A program made the position numbers and the translations under genes. A stretch of DNA of 63,058 bases, the filler included, from Folioceros fuciformis (lineage: Eukaryota), in the NCBI GenBank assembly GCA_049999805.1. It is 7 parts of 7 records of this genome, joined end to end, with 100 filler letters (N's around TTAATTAATTAA, not from the genome) between each part and the next. Parts side by side here need not be neighbours in the genome. Positions count along the whole stretch, not along the records: positions 53,963 to 60,742 come from JBNGIO010006483.1; positions 60,843 to 63,058 come from JBNGIO010006497.1; 5 more parts are not named here. One strand, 5' to 3'. Under the pieces are notes generated by a model that saw only the letters and a program-made list of their open reading frames with translations, was not told where the DNA came from and did no database searches. The first letter of the stretch is position 1; the number at the start of each line of letters is the position of its first letter. Below are positions 58,101 through 63,058 of the stretch, one piece after another.

Positions 58101-59690
58101 CTGTACGAGCCACAGTCATACAGAGAAGCAGTTAGTGGACCTGAAGCTGAAAAATGGAATGCAGCAATTGCATCTGAGTACCAGTCTCTATTAGATAATG
58201 GGACATGGGAATTGGTGGACCTACCTGCTGGCAGGAAACCTGTAACCTGCAAGTGGGTATTTAAGAAAAAGCTTGCAGCTGACGGAAGTATAGCAAGATT
58301 TAAAGCTCGACTTGTAGCAAGAGGGTATAGCCAGGTGGAAGGCCTGGACTATACAGAAACCTTCTCACCAGTTGTCAGGGCAACTTCAGTTCGCACCCTG
58401 TTCGCAATTGCAGCACAAAGAGACTACGCCATGGAACACATGGACGTAAAAACTGCATTCTTAAACGGGAACCTGGAGGAAACGATTTTTATGAGTCAGC
58501 CTGAGGGTTTTGTAGATGCTAAGCATCCAGGAAAGGTATGCAGGCTCATAAAAACCATCTATGGACTGAAGCAGTCCCCTCGAGCCTGGTACAAACGCAT
58601 TGATACATACCTCAAACAGTCAGGTTTCCTCCAATCAGAATCGGACTCAAATGTGTACAAGTTGGAGGACAAAGACGGAGTTGTCTTCCTGGCACTCTAT
58701 GTGGATGATGCTGTACTTATTGCGAGTAACCCGAATATAATGACCAAGGTGAAATCTATACTCACCTCTGAGTTCTCCATGACAGACTTGGGGAAACTCA
58801 CATGGTTCCTTGGCATTGAGATCCTGCAAGACATGTCACAACACACCATCCACATACATCAGGCTCAGTACATCAGTCAGGTACTAGCCAGATACAGAAT
58901 GTCAGAGTGCAAACCTGCTGCAACGCCAATGGCTGTTGGAGAAAAATTGAGTGTTGAGCAGGCACCTAAAACAGAAATGGAGAGACGGCAAATGGAAAGC
59001 ATCCCGTACAGGTCAGCAGTGTGCTCGCTCATCTATTGCAGGAACTGGACGAGGCCTGACTTGTCCTACGCAGTGGGAGTAACATCTCAATTCTTGACAT
59101 GCTATGGACAAGCTCATTGGGCAGTAGTGCAGAGAGTGATGAGGTACCTGAAGGGTACGCTGAGGCTTGGACTGCTGTATAGGCAAAGGCCAAAGAACCT
59201 GCTCCTGACATGCTTCTGCGATGCTGACTGGGCAGCAGATGCTGACACACGCAGGTCCATCTCTGCCAATTGCCTTCTACTGGGAGCCCATGAATATGAG
59301 GCCACAGTAGTTTCCTGGCATTCCAAGAAACAGCAAGTTGTGGCCCTATCATCAATAGAGGCAGAGTACGCTGCTACAGCTACTGCTGCCCAAGACATTG
59401 TATATGCAAGGGAGCTGCTCTCCTCACTAGGTGAAAACCAAACTGCACCCACGCTCTTACTGTGTGATAATCAGTCCGCTATAGGATTAGCACAGAATCC
59501 TATCATGCATGCTAGAACTAAACACATAGAAGTGAAGCATCACTTCATTAGACAGGTGCTACTAAATGGGCAGGCTACTTTACAGTATGTGCCTACCAAC
59601 GACAATGTGTCGGACCTGCTAACCAAAGCCTTAGCAAAAGAAAAACACGACAGCTTCTGTAGAGCACTAGGCCTGGTAGTAGGAAAATAG
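55122..59690 (+). CDS. Copia gag-pol with one in-frame TAA (57690-57692)
   Basis: ORFs 55122-57692 and 57711-59690 share a frame. The first integrase Asp reads Glu (HTEICGP). Confidence 0.93.
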
Positions 59691-60192
59691 CACTAAGAAA
59701 CCATCCCACGAGGTCAGCACTTGCAAGGACTTCATGTATACCTTCAGGACTGCAAGCTAGCTGCTCTGAAAGCGGCGAGTTGGCATCTTTGTGGAGCACA
59801 AGTACCAGGGTTCTGCGCAAGGCAGAAAAAGGTCAGGACTTCACCAAAAACAGGAGGAAAACCAGCAGCAAGTACCTTGCAGAAGCCTGTGGCGGCGCAT
59901 CATAGCGAAGAATGAGCCACCCCTCGTCTGTGAAGTCTGATCCGGCGTACAAGAAGCAGTCCATACAATTGGGCAGCATTCTGAAGGACGCATCTGGTGC
60001 TAGCTGAGGAAATCCCTGAAGGCGCTTCCAACGAGCGTACGCGGCCTCCAGTTCAGCCTCAGCAGTGTACAAATTTGCAAACTCAACGCACAAGGAGCAG
60101 GGTCTCCGCCGACGGAGCTCAAGAACAACCAGCACGATGACCAGCAACATCACGCAAGCGACCAAAACCTGGCCATCAGCAGAGGAATCCAT
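59593..60192 (-). CDS. Antisense gene of G (exon 1 60192-59876, 63-nt intron 59875-59813, exon 2 59812-59593; 178 aa)
   Basis: TM VLVACVMLLVIVLVVL-RRRR, CSLC, CMDC. Donor AAG|GTACTT, CTGAC, polypyrimidine tract and GCAG| join two ORF-track ORFs in frame. Confidence 0.6.
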
Positions 60193-60283
60193 GGCGGCGG
60201 CAGTAAGCGCAAGCGAAAACCCTAGCTGCAGATCGAAAACCGGCGAGACATGAAGAATTAACGAAGTTCTGGCTAAGTGGGAG

Positions 60284-60559
60284 TGTGGAAAATGCGTGAA
60301 TAGTTAGGTTTAACATTTAATAGCCAGACTTAATTAATTATTTATTTATTAGGGCGAAAGTCGGGGTATGAAATGCTGGGAGCGTTTCATAGAGTCATAG
60401 CTTTTCATAAGGGTCGCAACCCTAACCAACAGCCACCACCGAACCGGTGCACGCACTCTCTCTCCTGGCTTAAGGCCACTTTTGGCCACGCCTAATCTTA
60501 ATCTTGTCATTTCTACTAATGATGTGCATGTAATTCGATCCTAGACCACAAATTTGTTA
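60284..60559 (+). repeat. 3' LTR of G
   Basis: Follows PPT CTAAGTGGGAG; repeat of the 5' LTR. Confidence 0.95.
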
Positions 60560-60706
60560 TAAACAAGACTCAAGGTAGTTCTGCTCATATAGGTCTAGCA
60601 CGGTTTCTATAGGTACATACTGCCTAGGGACTTGTCTTTCACGACAATCCCTCTTGTTAGCACCTATATGACGTGCATTCCTAGTAGACACTCCCTGCCT
60701 AGGCAT
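60560..60706 (-). pseudogene. N-terminus of ORF0 of a C1-like element, interrupted by element G
   Basis: MPRQG...PRQYVPIETVLDLYEQ resembles C1 ORF0. The upstream sequence resembles the post-PBS leader of C1. Confidence 0.55.
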
Positions 60707-60944
60707 TTTGCATGGATAATGCTGAGATACAGAGCACAAGCTNNNNNNNNNNNNNNNNNNNNNNNNNNNNNNNNNNNNNNNNNNNNTTAATTAATTAANN
60801 NNNNNNNNNNNNNNNNNNNNNNNNNNNNNNNNNNNNNNNNNNTATGGGCTCTGAATGTCCATAATCTCTGGATGCCTGATCTGCCAATGTCTATGATGCT
60901 GCGCATCGCGTGCGCGCTGTTTGCTTCTCCTACTAACTTGAAAA

Positions 60945-61690
60945 ATGCCTAGAAGACGGAGAGCTGCACGGTGCATGGCCCCTCCCATTTTGCACCTGCC
61001 AAGGGAACAATCCCATAACAATTCTCACAGGAATTGAGCGCCTCCATAGCGTGATCAAGGGAGGGTCACTACCCATCGAAATTGGGTATCCCATGCTAGG
61101 GAACAGGGCACGACAAGTCTCTCTGAAATTCTTAGTGAAAGGAGACAATTTCTACGTTGGGAGAATCCTAACAACAAAATTGCAGCATGGGAACAACACG
61201 GCCTTACCTTGCCCAGGCAAGGAGATGTGCCTCCCTATATCAATCCCAGAGCAATGGTTCATTGCTTCAATGAGATCAGTGAAAGGATCGATGCTGTAAT
61301 CTGTATGCTTGAGAGCCTGCAGCAACCGAGAGAGGAAACCCTAAATGTTCGGAGGCCACAGACGCCTCCACCACCCAAAAATTGGAACGATAAAACTTGA
61401 ACGTTGCATCGTTTGGAGCCACGAGACATACCTGCCAGAGAAGGTCATGTCTGTTGGTGATGAATTGGCTTCATGTGAAGCTTGATAACCATGCAAGCTA
61501 CTAAATAACCAACCAAGTGGTGCCAAAATACCTAGAAGGTTGTTGCTATAGCTGGTGTTGTAAGGATCATAATTCTCACTGTCCACCTACAAGCACAATA
61601 GGGCAGGTATTAACACACTTCTTCCGCTGCAATGGCAACTAACACAGCCAACATATCAGGAGTCGATTACAGAGATCGATTCAATGGAAA
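60945..61690 (+). pseudogene. 5' remnant of copia element H: degenerate ORF0 (60945-61400) and gag start (ATG 61632)
   Basis: 152-codon frame starting MPRRRRAAR with two stops (TGA, TAG), then MATNTANISGVDYRDRFNG matching the gag KDRFNG motif. Confidence 0.55.
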
Positions 61691-62271
61691 GGAACAACCC
61701 GTTTGCTTTTGAAATTTTCCTTGCCTTCACCAACTTGAGCTTGCCGTTATCAATATCAGCCTACCCAAATCTATGGTTCCTAGAAGGATTAAAATGAGTA
61801 CACTTCTCCCTAAGCTTCGGTACGGCATATCATAGCGACATCGACTTCGAGGCCTTCCCTAGTTGATGGTTGTCCGCTTTGGGGCCTTCCCTTGTTCGCT
61901 CCAAGGCCTTGCCCAAAGCAGTCAATTTCCACTTAGATTGTTCTAGCAACAAGCCAATTTTATTGTTAACAAAGCCGGCTCCCCAAGCCCCCTGTGAACA
62001 AGGGACGATTCCCCAGGTATGGGGTGAAACCACAAAGGAGAAGTACACTAAACTATCTTTTATAGATATAGAATTTAGGAACAATGCTCCAAGCATAATG
62101 ATAATCCATGCCCATGCGGGAAGTACTTATGCTAAAAAACCCATCCATCCAGCTCTTAATCCACCTATCGAAAATCTTTGCCTGAATACATTGTAACAAA
62201 CAATTTTATTTTTTTAGATTATATTCTATAGTTATTTTGAAAAATTTGCAAACAAACACCCACCCAATCCA

Positions 62272-62320
62272 ATGTGCCATGTGCCATGTGCCATGTGCCA
62301 TGTGCCATGTGCCATGTGCT
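62272..62320. repeat. Heptamer microsatellite (ATGTGCC)x7
   Basis: Read directly from the sequence. Confidence 0.95.
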
Positions 62321-63058
62321 GGTTGGTGCACTTAAGAATATGCGTACCTTTTCTTTGCACCACTCAATTCAGAAATAAAAAGGAAGTCATCTTCCAATGT
62401 CATGAAACACAAGTTGGAACTTTGTAATATTTTTGGCAGTTGAATATTTTGGATATTCTATTTCTACTTCAGCAAAAGAAAAGAAGTGCAACCGAGTCCA
62501 ATCCGAAACTAAACGTTGTTTCAATAACATTTAACTTCTTCGCCTGCCTTCGTTATCCACATCTTCATAGTACTCACATTTAGCTCTCTCTGGCTAGACA
62601 ACTTCTTTTAGTGCTGATAGCATTATTTTATATGCTTGCCTTGCCTACATCACTTGGTGGCAAATAGATTGAGACGGTTCGACCCAAAGTGGCGGCTGTT
62701 TACTAAGATAGTGTTAATGGCACAACGAATTTCTGCATTTCCTACGGAAGTTTTGTGCAAGGCATACGAATACCACGGAGAACCTCAGCACCTACCTAGT
62801 GCATCTCTGGGCAGGGCAAGGGCAGACTGCAGTAATTGAACTGAATTGCAGTAATTGAATCCGTTCGGTGTCCTCATAAAGCGAGTCCCGTTAACACACG
62901 TGGTCGAACGAAACGAACAAGAACAAGAACAAAAACTCAAGAGAACTCAAGAGATCAGCAGGTGATAAGGAAGCAAATATTTGAGTTGGGTACATATGGG
63001 ATATATGTATACCCACCTAGCTTAGCCACCTGTACGGCCTTCCTTCATGTCAATCAAT

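Larger units (their letters stand above)
53963..60559 (+). mobile_element. Full-length Ty1/copia element G with both LTRs
   Basis: LTRs 53963-54240 and 60284-60559 differ by about 5 substitutions and a 2-nt indel. PBS 54241-54252, PPT 60273-60283. Confidence 0.97.

Noticed and set aside
61700-63058. Short ORFs 61830-62196 and 62636-62839
   Set aside because: No recognisable motifs; left unassigned.

Overview
Land-plant nuclear DNA made of seven contigs joined by artificial N44-TTAATTAATTAA-N44 linkers, plus three 100-N gaps. A non-seed plant such as a lycophyte is a weak guess. The window is mostly Ty1/copia LTR retrotransposons, about 13 complete, nested or partial copies. Most share a C(N/H)WC..(P/A/H/L)GH...C knuckle and a KDRF/KDRL gag motif. 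PBSs are tRNA-iMet type and LTRs are short (155-280 bp). Two copies have intact gag-pol ORFs (12455-16888 -, 43317-47984 +) and two have a single lesion. Other content: Ty3/gypsy remnants, PPR, myo-inositol kinase and NPF/PTR pseudogene fragments, and one orphan coiled-coil ORF. Main finding: these copia elements show a three-gene layout resembling a complex retrovirus. It consists of an extra sense ORF0 (MPR... start) upstream of gag, then gag-pol, then an antisense gene between pol and the PPT. The antisense gene encodes an N-terminal transmembrane-like protein, with Cys/His zinc-finger motifs in some families. It appears to be spliced, with an identically placed 99-nt GT-AG intron in two diverged copies.
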